From the human T2T-CHM13v2.0 reference genome, Homo sapiens: a stretch of DNA of 64,000 nucleotides. The translations under genes and the position numbers were made by a program. A model generated the notes under the pieces. It saw only the letters and a list, made by a program, of their open reading frames with translations. It was not told the DNA's origin and ran no database searches. This document shows, one piece after another, positions 41,251 to 56,856 of this stretch (position 1 is its first letter; every line of letters begins with the position of its first letter). The stretch lies in NCBI RefSeq assembly GCF_009914755.1, contig NC_060945.1; one strand, written 5' to 3'.

Positions 41251-44200
41251 AACAGTTAATGATATAAAGTATGAAGAAAAATGAAGCAGAGCAAGATGCT
41301 GTGTAAGTGGGGGTGGGAATGGGGACTAATTTTATAAAGAGGAGTCAGCAGGGTCTGTGATGTTTAAGCAGAGTCCCATATGAAGTGAGGGCATGATCAC
41401 ATAAATACCTAGGGAAGCCTAGCCTTGGCAGAGGTCAGTATGAAGGGCGTCCTGCCTGGAATGGCATGATCAGAGAGAGGAATTAAATGAAGTAGGAGTA
41501 GACAGATAGCCAAGCCAATGTCCCATGGGGCCTTACAGGCTATGGAGAAGACTTTGCATTTTATTCTTAATGTCATGGAACCTTATTGAAAATCTCGTAA
41601 GTAATTCTAGAAAGGAGTATAGGAGAGGTCATTTTTAAGTACTGACATTATTAAAAGGGATCATTTTGAGTAGGGAACAACCTTTCTCAAAATCTCCTTT
41701 ACCACATGAAGCAAAATTTTGGGGTTAGAAAAGTAAAAGTTACCTTCTGCCATATGTTTAGTAAAGATGAAGAATCCTTAGTGCATTGTATCACTTGATA
41801 TACATTTTCCTTCTTTTTCTACATTAAACAAATGATTCTTTGCTATTTTTGAAATTCTCATCTTTACTAGTTCTCAAAATATTGAAATTTAGTTTCCCCC
41901 TGTATTATTCTTGAATTAGTCCTTAGAATATAAGGCGATGTTTATAGTTAAGGTTTGTTTTTGTTTGTTTCTTTCTTCGGTATGGTGTTTTTATTCTTGA
42001 AATACAGAGGTCTACAATGACAATAGTTCAGCGTCCTATGAATGTTCTTTTTGAATTTTTAAACAGTATGATGAAGGTAAGTTATGATTTACCATGCCTA
42101 GGATTTCTAGTTACATATTGTGGAAATTAATTGATCTAACTTTGTAGAAATTTGACCACCTACCCTTTTCTAAATATATATATAGACACACACAGAGAAA
42201 TCATACTTTTCCTGTACTAATTACAAAACTCTAGAGTGATGTTAAATTTTTCATGCATTAAACAACTAAAGCCTACAGTGTGCCAAGGCACTGTTCAAGG
42301 AAGTGAGAATATAATCACAAAAATTCTTCCCTAATTCATATTAAATTGTATATATGGAGTGTGTATGTTTGTGTATACCCATTGGAAGTTTGTTTTATTC
42401 TGCCAACTGATCTAATTAGATAAACTTAGTCAATATATTTGAATCCCACATTCCAGCAGCTATTTTCTCCATTTGCTTTTATTGCTGTTTGTGGTGAGTT
42501 TGATATATAATTTTAAGGTGTTAACATCCCTAACTTATGTATGGGTACAGCTCATAAATACGAACCTGTGTCATGCAACTCATATATGACTGTGTTCAAA
42601 ATAATGTGTATTAGACTGTAAAACGATTTTAATATTTTAAATAACTTTCCTGCATTTGTCGGTTTCAGCAGGAAAGTTATTTTTAATAACTTCCCTGTAT
42701 TTGTTGGTTTCAGTATTAATTAATCTCATTAATGCTAAACTTTGTGATCCTAGGTTAAAAAACATATTCAAGATAGCTTCAGAATGTTTGGTATACAAGT
42801 AGGTCTGGCTAAATATAAGTGTTAGCTTTCTCAAGCATCTAAATGCTGGCGGGCTTTTAAAAAACCAGGGCTTTAAGGAGAAAACACCTGCTCTGTGGTT
42901 TTGTAGCAGATATGAAGTATTCAAATTTCTTAATAAATAGAAAAAGAAATATATAACAGAAACAGGTTGCACTTGTCTTTCTCATTAAGCAGGTGGTTAG
43001 TACCATTATTTGCATTCTCATAGCCTTAATATACATTTTCCTTCTCTAGATACAAGGGGAAATTATCACAAATTTGCCTAAGGATAGCAATTAGGATTAC
43101 TAATTTATTCTTCTTTGCATTTTATTAAGCTTTACCAAATACAAATGAATTTCATAAGGGAAGATTATATGTGTTTTTACGTCTACCATTATAAATTTGT
43201 ATGCCAAATAAGATCACATGGTTTCTTTCCCAAATTCTAACATAATCTTCCACTCAGAGTCCTTTTAAAAGGAAACCTATTGGCAAAAAAAAAAAAAAAA
43301 AAAAAAGTTTAATTTGTCCTGTTTGATGACTCAATACAGCCAGGATATCCCAGATCAAAAGTTATTGGAATAATATGATTTCATCGTTTTTACATTTATA
43401 CCTACAATTATTTGTATTCACTGCAACTTTAATTTAGAAATACTCATTTTTTTGAGCTCTAAAATGCAAGGTTCAAGTGATTTTTTTTCCTTTTAATTTA
43501 GGAGGAGATCCAATAGAATAATTCAAATAAGCATTTTCAGGTTCTATGACATGCTCATAAGAAAATAAATTATTCATAGAAATGTTTATTCATAGAATTA
43601 CTGTCCTAATAATTTAACTTCTCCAGAAAACATGTTTTAAAATGCTATATATCAAAATAACGTGTAATCTTTCAAAATAGCATTAGAAAAATATAATGCA
43701 ATATTTTCCTGAAATATTTGAATTATTATTTAGGAATACAATTCTTGTCACAAATATTTAGTGATGTGAAAATCTCGGCAAACCATTCATATTAATTCAT
43801 TTAAAATATTTAAATAAATAACTTGAAAATGAAAAATTTGTGTTAAGCAACAACAAAGGACAGAAAGAAACATAAATGTTTCCAAATATCTAGAGAGATT
43901 AGAAGGTTTTTATGGCTTGAATTTCATTGAAAAATAACAAGCAATTTATTAGAATTAATGGAGATATCTGGGTTAACTATATAGAAGAATGGCTTAGCAA
44001 AGACAAATTTTAAATATTATTATGAATTTCTTCCCAATATAATATTAAAAATTCTTTCAAAATAAGAGAGAAAACTTTAAAAAAAGAAACAAAAACCTGC
44101 CTAGTGTTGCAATTGGTGCGTTGATCTCAAATCTTGTTCACATTCTAACAAGGCCTCTGGGCTTTCTGTGTGATTTGGTATGTTCCATAGTAGAGAATAC

Positions 44201-44733
44201 AAATGATATAGCAAGAACAGTTCATTCATCATTATTAGCAAATTTGACTGGGAATCTTGAATGGGATATATGAAATAAATAGGTTGATTTCATAGTTTAA
44301 GAAATGACAGAATATGCTGGCCAGAGTGTATAATAGTAACAAAGTGGCTGGTACATGCATCTTTACTACAAAAGGCCTAAGAATAAAATCTCTAATTAAC
44401 CAGAGAATCTGATTGACTTTATTCTGAATCTCTCTTCTCTGTATTTTTAGTGTGATTACAATTTGCTCCTGTGAACTATAAGGAAAATGCTGAATTGTAT
44501 TCATTTTATAGTGCTAGCAATTCATGAGGATAATCAGCATGGATTTACATTTTTTTAGTCTAATGAGAACTCAGAAACACGTAATTAAGTAAAATATTCT
44601 GAGAAAGACACTGTGTCCTCTAATAGTTTAAATTAAATTTTAAAAAGATCTTACACCATATGCAAAAATCAACTCAAAATAGATTAAAGACTTAAAGGTA
44701 AAACCTGAGCCCATAAATCTACTAGAAGAAAAT

Positions 44734-46823
<2,090 letters not shown>

Positions 46824-49800
46824 GAAATATAGGGAAAAGGCTTCTTGGCGTTGGTCTGCACAATGATTATTTTGCATATGACACCCAAAGCCTAGGCAAC
46901 AAAAGCAAAAATAAACAAGTGGGATTGCATCAAGATGAAAAACTTCCGCACATAAAAGGAAACAACCAACAGAGCGAAAGGGAATGTATAAAATAGGAGA
47001 TCATATTTGTCAGCCATATACCTGATAAGGGGTGAGTCTCCACAAATATATGAAAAATTCATACAACTCAATAGCACAAAACCAAATAACCCAATTAAAA
47101 CATAAGCAAAGGATCAGAATAGCTATTTCCCAAAAGGAGACATACACATGGCCAATAGGTATATGAAACGGTGCTCAGTATCACTAATCATCAGAGAAAT
47201 GAAATCAAACCACATTGAGATATCAACTCACACCTGTTGGGATGGCTTTTTTTTCAAAGAGAGAAAAGTTAAGTGTTCGCAAGCATGTAGAGAAACGGTA
47301 ACAGTGTACACTTGTACACTGTTAGGGAAAATAGTATGACATTTCTTAATTCAGCAGTCCCATATCTGGGTATATATTCTCAAGCGAAATGTGTACGTCT
47401 ATGTTCTTTGTAGCATTATTCACAAGAGCCAAGATTTGGAAACAACCTTAATGTCTATCTGTGAATGAATGGTTAAAGAAAATATGTATATACACACACA
47501 CACACACATATGCCATATTTATAATATATATAATATATATACACACATATAATATTCCTGTATGCATACATATGTGTATAGAATGTTTATATATATTATA
47601 TATAATATTGTTTATATATTAGAATATAGGATATTGTTATATATTTATACATATGTATACATTTATATACATTATTTATATGTACACACATATGTATATA
47701 GACATAAAAAAGAATTGCTGCATGATCTCACTTATATGTGGAATTTAAAAGAATCATACTCATAGAAGCAGTGAGTAAAATGGTGGTTGCCAGGAGTGAG
47801 AGATAAGGGAAGTGAAGAAATGTTGGTCAAGGGATACAAAATTTCAGTTATGCAAGATGAATGCATTCTAGAGAGATAATGTACCGCATTGTGACTATAA
47901 TTAATAATGCCATATTAATGATACATATGGATATGTGCTAAGTTAATAAGAAATGTAACTATAGTTAACAATACATATTAAAATGTACTAAGAGGCTACA
48001 TATTAAGTGTACAAATACAAACATATTAAAAAACTGGTAAATATGAGAATTGGTAGATATGTTTAATTAGCTTGAATTTATGGTGATTATTTCAGAGTGT
48101 ATGCATATATCAAAACATCAAGTTAAACCCCTTAAATATATATAATTTTATTGGTAAATTATCTCTCAATAAAGCTGGGAGAAAAGCATATACAGTAATA
48201 TCATTTTTCTTATTTATCATTTTTATTTTTGTTTGTATTGAATGTTTTATTGGGAGATAATACATTTTCCTTATAATTCGCGTTTATGAGGATTTTCATT
48301 TACTACAAAGTGCTCTCTGTACTCTAGTTTTATATTAATAGGTCAATATAAAGCTATGGGTCATACAAAGCTTTAACTTAAGCTAGAATCATGTTCAAAT
48401 CCAAACTCTGATGCTTAGTGGCTAGTTCATCTTTCTGAGCCTCCCTTTACTGGTGTAGGAAATGGAGAATGTAACCAAACTCTGTTAGTTCTGGTATTAA
48501 ATGAAATAGGATCAGACAGGACTTGAATAGTAGATTTTTCCCTAAAACAAACTTTAATTTGGAAAAGTAAAATTTGTTTTCAATGTTCAGCAACAAGAGC
48601 AGAGTGCATTTGTAATAAAGGATAACTACTATAGATTTAACAAGTGCTCTCATTGGGTCAGTTTTCTTTAAAAGTGGTGTTTCATTTGGTATAATTTTTA
48701 AAAACATAAATTCAAGCACTAACTGCTGAATTATTATTTTACATTTAAAATGTGTAGGCTATATGAGGGCTGAGGACAGTATTTATGGTATGTGATATGT
48801 GTCCTCACAAGATCCTTATAATAAAAAGATTCTCACAGTATAGTAGCCAAATACAATAATGAGGGTGTGATCAATAACTGAGAAAAATTATATAGAGATG
48901 TTATTAGGAGGTTAAATAGGTAAAATGGAGGTTAGAGTTTCCGTCAGCACAGAAGAGAGAAGAGCATTTAATTACAAAACCTTAACTCATCCCAGTTCAC
49001 CTGGCTAAAAAAAAAAATTAAAAAGTTTGTGGCAGAAAAAGAATTTGGCAGTATGGACATTTAGGGAAGTTAGCAATTTTGTGAGTGAAAAAATTTAGCA
49101 ATTTTCTGGTTATCTGACATCATGAAGATATTTTATGAATATTTTATAAAAACCTACGCATTTAGACTATAGAAGGAAATGTTTAGTAATTACACATTTG
49201 TGATATTTTACGTACTCAGTGGACCTTGAAAAAACGTCAGTTGAATTTTTCTTGCATAAATAATTTTACGTATACTAAGAAGTATTATATTTGAAATGAA
49301 AAATACTATAAATTGTTTATGAAACATATTTTGTTCAATGAAACTGTTATGTTTTTAAATTAATGTTTTTATATAAGGCAAAGTTTTTCTATTTAAATAG
49401 GAAGCCATCTGATTTTAAGGGTAATATGTACTTCCTGTATAAAATCTCGCAGCAATTAAACTCCAATTATTAAATTGTTTATTTTGAGTATAACTTATAC
49501 TCATGATGGAAAGTTACATAAGCAGTACAATAAATATGTTGTAAACATTTGGATGTGCTGAACTGTGATCTTAAAATAATGCCATCAACATATTGTTTTG
49601 ATGAAAGTCCTAGACAAATGACACATCATTATTAGATTAATTTTTCTTTCCACTGTTCATCAAAATATATATCCATATAAATGTTTTATTAACCAATAAT
49701 CTATCCATAAAAGTTATTTATACCAAAATATGTATGCATACAGGTAAAAGTATGATTCATAAAATATTTAAAGTACTGTTAAAAAAACTAAGATTATATT

Positions 49801-52554
49801 ATTAATATTATGCAAGTAATGAGAACTTCAAACACAATATAATTTGTGCAAAAATGTAAATTTCAGAAGTAAGTGAAAATATAATTGAACTGAGATGATT
49901 ACATACCTAAGCTTCTAAGGAAACTTAAAGGCAATTTCATTAATAATGGAATTCCCTCTGAAGTCATTCGTACGTGTGGAGCTGGCGTCAAAGTATTAAA
50001 ATGTTCTGCGTGTGTATAGAAACAGTAAAAAATTATTTTTATTTTGCCTGTTGCTAACTCCTGCAGAAGCCAGTCAGATAATTCTCTCAAAAATAGACCT
50101 GCTTTTGCTTCTTTTAATTGTTTACAGATCAAAAGCTTTTTTAAGTGAGAAACTTGAGGGACTTCACTGTGTTTTCAGATCTATCTGAGGGGATTAACAC
50201 CAAGTGTTATTTTGGATGATCAGTTTTACCCTTGCTAAGCTTTGTAATTTCTCATAGCTCTCTGAGTTGTTGCACAGTACTTGACAATATGAACAGTTCC
50301 ATTGGGGTTAAGTGATAAAGCAGTTCTACATCTGGGGAGACTGTAATTGCTTACGTTGAATAGGACAAAAACCCCATGAAGAGAGCCAGGGTTTGAGAAA
50401 GGAAAGAGAACATGAATAAAAATAATCTTACTTTAGAATTTTGCTGAGCTTAATTAGTTACCAAATATGTATTTAGTTGATGTCGTTGCTGCAATTGTTG
50501 TAAATATTCTATAGCCTCTACTTCTCTTGACAGCCAACAGGAAGTAATTTATAATGCATTATAGGAACAAAAAATTATTTTGTGTAGTTCCCTTTAATAA
50601 AGTCTGGTTCTCTAATAAAAAGAGAATAAACTTTCAAATTCAAATTTTTCTCTCTACTATGATCATTTCCAAACTTATAAAAAATGTAAAAAGATTTATA
50701 TTTTTCTGTCATTTTTAAGTTAAAGTGTTTTTAATGTATCTTGACTTTTTTGTCTTTTTTGCCTTTATAGACAGGTGATAAAGCGTTATTTCTAAAATTC
50801 AGTTATATATAAATGATGTAGAAATATTAGTGCAGGAAACTAGATTCTATAGAGAATTCATTTCTGTTGCCGCGTTAAAGAAAAATTCATGATTGTTTAT
50901 AATTTTTGGAAGAACCGTGTTAAGATTTGTAAATCGTGCTGACTAAATATAGCTCTAAAATACCTTAATTTATACTTTGTCCTTAAAAGCTTTTACTAGT
51001 TTGTAATCTAGATCTGCTTTCTCCTAATTCTGGAGTTTGAATTTCTAGTAAATTACAAGGCAAGAACCCATCCCACACTTCAGTTTAAGGTTCTGTTGTT
51101 CTGTTTGTATATGCAGATTTAGGGAAAGAAAGTCTCACATTAACTATCTTCATAATTTGAGGTACAACTCTATTATTGAGTACACAGCCTTTCATTTTCC
51201 AAGTGGTAGTTTTCTTTCAGTCCCTACCTTGGGTGTTCAGAAACTCTTGTTTGGTAAAATGCCAGTAAATTACAGATGATTTAATGTATATATCCTCTCA
51301 TTTAAGAAAGGCAAGTCAAATTACAGATCCAGGCTTTGCCTCCTCCAAATCTTTTCCCTCTCTCACTTTAATGTAGTCTCAATGTGTGGAGTTCTATTTC
51401 ACACAATAATCTTCATGTTCACGCAGTGTTAATAAGCCTCATAATAAGAGTTATTGTATCAAAACCTGCATTCACGAATCAAAAACAAACTGACTTCTTG
51501 TATATAAACTTTGCAAAACTTACATCAGTAGGTTTATTTTATACCTCTTCCCTATAATTTTAAAGGTTATCTATAAAACCTCTCTTTGGCCAGCTTTCAG
51601 TTTTCATGTTTTAGCCCAGGACTGTAATAACAGTTTAGCCATCGGTGTGCCCTCTTCGCTCCTTTCTTCTGCCAACTGATGTGAAACTCGGTCAGTACAT
51701 GGGTAAGCCTTGAATCTGAGAACAGAAACATGTGAGGAAACAGGGAAATTCCATTCTGAGTTGATACAGTGTAACTAAGGAAATACTTAGCCTTGGCAGA
51801 GGTAGTGGGGCATGCAAAACTCCTCATAGCGCCTGTGAAATGTTGAAGGAAGGGGATTGCTGACAATACAAGCCAGAAAGAGCTTTTGCCTGAAATACTC
51901 AGATAATTCAAGTAAGATCTGCACTTGATTTTTTTTTGCTGGGGTATGTGGGGTGAGTATCATCTTTATTGTTTAACCTAATTAATAACCTCAACTTTTC
52001 TCACAGTAGGTTTGCCCTGGTACTTTGGTAGCTCTGCTGTTATCAATTTTTAACCTACAAAGATGAAGAAATCATATCTAGAATAATGATCTCTACACTT
52101 CTGATTTATGTAGGATTTTATTTGCAATTGAAAGTGCATGTTTAAATTCTTTTGCTTCTCTTTTTGCCTTGTATTAAGAAATACAATTGAATATAAGCAT
52201 TGCCAGATGCCATCACCAACGCAGCCAAGTCACAGACTACTGAATGCTCTTAAAATGATGTTGCAGCTGCACCAGGATATCACAGAAATATGGAAAGGCA
52301 TACCATATATCAAAGTTGGCTGTTTTATAAAAGGGCGTTTATTCTTCAAGTCTTATTCCAAAACATGTTAGGCCTTAGGACAGCCAATATGATGTTATAG
52401 CACAGTCTGTGTTCTATTGCACTCTTTACCCTAATGAAGCATGACTAGATATAGCATGGGGCGTATGAGCCTAGCTCACCTTTGCTTTTGCTTTTAAAAA
52501 TATTCATTATCTGATTTAATTAATAAAATATTGTGATTTTTAAACTCTTGTTAA

Positions 52555-52689
52555 AGGAGTTCAAGACCAGCCTGAGCAACATAGTGAGACCACATCTCTA
52601 TTAAAACCAAACAAAATGCTAAATAAATGCCTTGATTGTAAACATTGAGGAAAAGAATGGAACAAAAGGAAGCATCAAAACAAATTCAT
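52555..52689 (+). repeat. 135-bp direct duplicate of 53444-53578 (FLAM 3' half plus unique flank)
   Basis: Ungapped alignment at offset 889, about 119/135 identical. Confidence 0.92.
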
Positions 52690-53371
52690 GTTATGCTGAC
52701 TTTCAGCAGAGGCTTTACATCTTAAAGACAGTAAAATTCCAATTTACTAGCATTTTAGCAACCTTGGTTAAATTTCCTCTTCTCATTCCATAATCTATAT
52801 AAACAACTCTTTATCTATGCACTCAGCTTCTCTTCAGTGTAACTATATACTTTTCTGGGGCTTAAATTATATACCATTAACTACCAGTTATCAAGTGGGT
52901 TTGGGTTTCCTGAAAAGTTTGCAGGTCATTACCCTGTCAGAAATCATTGAATTCAAGCCTTGGCTATGCCATTTATCCTTGCAGCTTCTAATCAGTAGGA
53001 TTTCTGTGCCAATCAATCTATTCCCAATTGGCCTCCCTTAAATCTGAAATAATGTATTATAATCTGAGGCTTCAATAAGGCAGTACACTCTAAAAAGCAA
53101 GTTCAGTTTTCTTATAAGGTTGAGAAATTGAGAAATACGAAAGTAAATTTTGCCATTTGGAAATTTAATTTTTTTTGTTGATTTTAGAACATCTGTACAG
53201 GATTAAGTAATGTCTGGTTGATATGTGTGTTGTGGCTATTAATATTTATCTGGTATTAAGTAATTTTTATATATTTTTTCTTTTAATTTTGGACACAGTA
53301 CATTCAACAATGTATTTTTTTCTTTTCTAGAATGTGATAATATAGATTAAATGATTACAATACAAAATGCT

Positions 53372-53498
53372 AAGCCAGACCTAGTGGCCCACTCCTGAAA
53401 TCCAAGACTTTGGGAGGCTGAGGTGGGCAGTTTGCTTGAGCCCAAGAATTCAACACCAGCCTGAGCAACATAGTGAGACCCCATCTCTATAGAAAACA
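53372..53498 (+). mobile_element. FLAM / Alu left monomer
   Basis: Monomeric Alu sequence flanked by TSD acaaaatgcta. Confidence 0.85.
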
Positions 53499-54678
53499 AA
53501 CAAAATGCTAAATAAATACCATGATCATAAATATTGAGGAAAAGAATGGAACGCAAGGAAGTATCACAACAAATTCATTAAGTATCCTCATATAATACAG
53601 AGAATATGTTATCTAGTAAATTATAATATAATCATTAGAAATAATATTAATAAATTATATTACAATGTTATTGCATGTATATCATTTCTGGTCATGGTTT
53701 ATGTAAAACTATAGTTCTGCAAAGATAATCTTAATTACCTATGATTTAATCTTTTATATCTCCTAATATTAATTGATTATGTGACTTGGAGTTACTGTGT
53801 AAACCAGACATAACTTCCTTTTGATTTTCATCAAGATATTGTTATATCCCCTAGCTGAGTTTCTGCTTTCTTTAGCAAAAGCATTTAAAGAAAGTGGCAA
53901 CTATAAAATTCTGGTGGCTCCATCAGATGAATTTTTGAAGATGTAATATTTTGAAATCTATAATTGCATCCAAAATTAACAAGGGTCAAATAACAAGGGT
54001 TGACATGACCCAGATATTTCTAGTAACCTTTATTTCCTTGTGCCTTTTCATATTCTTCCTTAGTGTCTTATTGAATCCAGGTCTGGTAGAGTATGTAAAT
54101 GAGAAGAAACTCAGAGTGAAAATACAAGTTATGAGTAGGCTTCAAACTAGAATTAAAACAACTTGATTTGATTTGAAATTGTAGAATAAACTATTTTTGC
54201 TGTATTTTCAACTTTGTCACACTTGTTTGACATGACTAAATCACCTGACATTGGAAGCCAATCTGCATATTAAATTCCATGATTCTATTAAATACTATAG
54301 AAATAATCTATGTAGAGTACTTCTACTTGAGACACATACAGAATATATGCATTTTAGCATCATTAACATCATTCTTGGTTTTTGGATATTAAAAAGATTT
54401 AACTTTCTACTTTGAGAATGTGTCACAAATGAAACGGGTAATTTTCTTTGAAAGTACGTGGCTTGGAAAGCTAAAATAGAGGTGAAGAAGAGAACTATTC
54501 ACAAATCAGTTTCTTCTTATATGACTTATCTATTTTTTAGGTATTTCATGGAAAGATTTCAGTGAAATTATTCACTCAGAATTGTAATAGTTTGATTTGT
54601 TTTCCTTATTAAAATGTGTCCAATTAGATATATATGTATATATATGTTTTATTTTGTTTTGTTTTGTTTTTCTTCTAG

Positions 54679-54798
54679 CAATGGTTGTTTTGAACAACCT
54701 GGAACCAAATACAACTTATGAAATCAGGGTTGCAGCTGTAAATGGAAAGGGACAAGGAGACTACAGTAAAATAGAAATCTTCCAAACATTACCAGTTC
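54679..54798 (+). CDS. NCAM2: NCAM2 coding exon, C-terminal half of FN3-1 (120 nt, phase 1 to 1)
   Basis: ttttcttctag|CA...GTTC|gtaagt; [40 protein letters not shown] with the FN3 L-x-P-x-T-x-Y and V-x-A-x-N-x-x-G motifs. Confidence 0.97.
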
Positions 54799-55442
54799 GT
54801 AAGTAATCATCTCTATTTTTTATTCTCTTTTGTCATTTTCTTCACTTGCAAATTTAATAGATTTTAAAATGTAGGGAGATGTTTCAACACTTTTGAGACA
54901 TGAATTATGTCTTTGGTGAAGTGGTTTCTGAAGACAGTGACATCTGAGATTTATTAACATAAAAATAACTTTGCTTTAGAGCAAGGCAGAAAAAAAAGAG
55001 TGCACTAGAATACACTCAGTAAAAATTGTTCCCGGGAAATTGTCCTTATTGCAAAAGTGTCCTTCTTACTTATGGTCTGATTAATTGGATTGTAGTCTTC
55101 AGACTATATTCTGGGAGAAGAAAAATGTCTATGTAACATGTTCAATATTTTGTTCTTTTTGGAGGCCTGACTATTGACCTTGTTCCACAAATTATATGGG
55201 CTCTAAGTGTCAGAAAAGGAATCATTATGTTAATTCATTAAAACAGTGACTGCAGGAGAAGCCTTGTTCTGATAACTATCATATTTTGGGGAATTGTAAG
55301 TTAATTGAGTTTACATAGAGTGAAGATTAAATTTTAAAAGACTTAACATTTCCTTTATGTTAAATAAATTACTTTAAATGTGAGAAAACATAATAAATAC
55401 GACTGAACCACTGTTATAAAAATCTATGCGTAACACTGCCTG

Positions 55443-55517
55443 ATATATATATCTTTATATATATATATATATCGTTGTATATGTGTATATATATATCTTT
55501 TTATATATATATATATG
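55443..55517. repeat. (TA)n-rich microsatellite
   Basis: Directly visible. Confidence 0.85.
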
Positions 55518-55636
55518 TTAGGACAGTCAAAATGGCTGCAATATATTATCTTACAGAGTATCTCTCTATTGGTAATCATAAAATCTGTCAGGTAAGTTTC
55601 TTTTCTCCATTCCCAATGCTGGTGGTTAAGATAACC

Positions 55637-55969
55637 AGCCAGATACGGTGGCTTACACCTGTAATCCCAGCATTTTGGAAGGCTGAGGCAGGCAGATCAC
55701 TTGAACCAAGAAGCTCAAGACCAGCCTGGGTGATATAGTAAAACCCTATCTCTCCAAAAAACAATAAAAAAAGAATCAGCTGGGTGTGGTGGTATGCACT
55801 TGTACTCCCAGCTACTTGGGAGGCTGAGGTGAGAGGTGAGAAGATCACCTGAGTCTGGGGAAGTCAAGGCTGAAATGAGCCATGATCACACTATGGAACT
55901 CCATCCTGGGTGACAGAGTGAAACCCTGCCTCAAAAAAAGAATGAAGAAAAGAAAGAAAGAAAAAAGAA
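55637..55969 (+). mobile_element. AluJ-like SINE
   Basis: Diverged dimeric Alu with GAAA-rich tail. Confidence 0.88.
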
Positions 55970-56734
55970 ATGACAATAACCTGCTGAGAAGAAATAACAG
56001 GTCATGCCGGTTTAGAGATATGAAATCCTTTTCAGTGCATGGTCTGTTTTTCTTGGCCCTTCACATAGAAAATTCTTGCACTTTGGTAGATCCCTGTTCT
56101 ATTCAAAACAATATAAGCATCATTGTTATATGGCTATCTCTATGTTGAAGTATAATATCAAAGGCAAGTATATGAATGAACCTAGAAGAAAATGAAATAT
56201 TGAAACACAGGTCTATAAAATTGGATACTGCAAACTTTATTCAAATTTGCACCCAGGAAAGAAAATGCTTATTAAAGCACATTTACTAATTGCAAGTCAT
56301 TATCTTTACTGGTAGGTATATATTCCATACAGACTGATGTGTTAATGTATTCATATTAATAAATGCTTACAAAACATTTACAAACTAAATTTACATTAAG
56401 AAAATAAAAATGATTTAATACTATTAATAATAAGAGAAATAAAGTTTTACATTTGTGCAATGCTATACTTTTCTCAGAGCATTTGCATATCAGTGAAAAT
56501 AATATATTTGGTCCTCAGGCTACAGTTTTGGCATGACACTTCTAGATTTATAATGTTGCTGCTTCTTGGATGGGGAAAATGTTCAGAAATTATATCACAA
56601 AAGGGCAATGTCAAATGGTAAATCCAGGATAACACCATATATTTTGATTACATTACTGTTCTTTTTATTAAAATATAGTTTATCTAGGTATCTGAAATGT
56701 GTGCAAATGAAGAAATGTTGTATTGTATATCTAG

Positions 56735-56856
56735 GTGAACCAAGTCCTCCATCCATACATGGACAGCCAAGCAGTGGAAAGAGCTTTAAACTCAGCATCA
56801 CCAAACAGGACGATGGAGGGGCCCCTATTTTGGAATACATTGTGAAATATAGAAGT
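56735..56856 (+). CDS. NCAM2: NCAM2 coding exon, N-terminal part of FN3-2 (122 nt, phase 1 to 0)
   Basis: tatatctag|GT...AGAAGT|gtaagt; [41 protein letters not shown]; in frame with the previous exon (C+GT=Arg). Confidence 0.96.
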
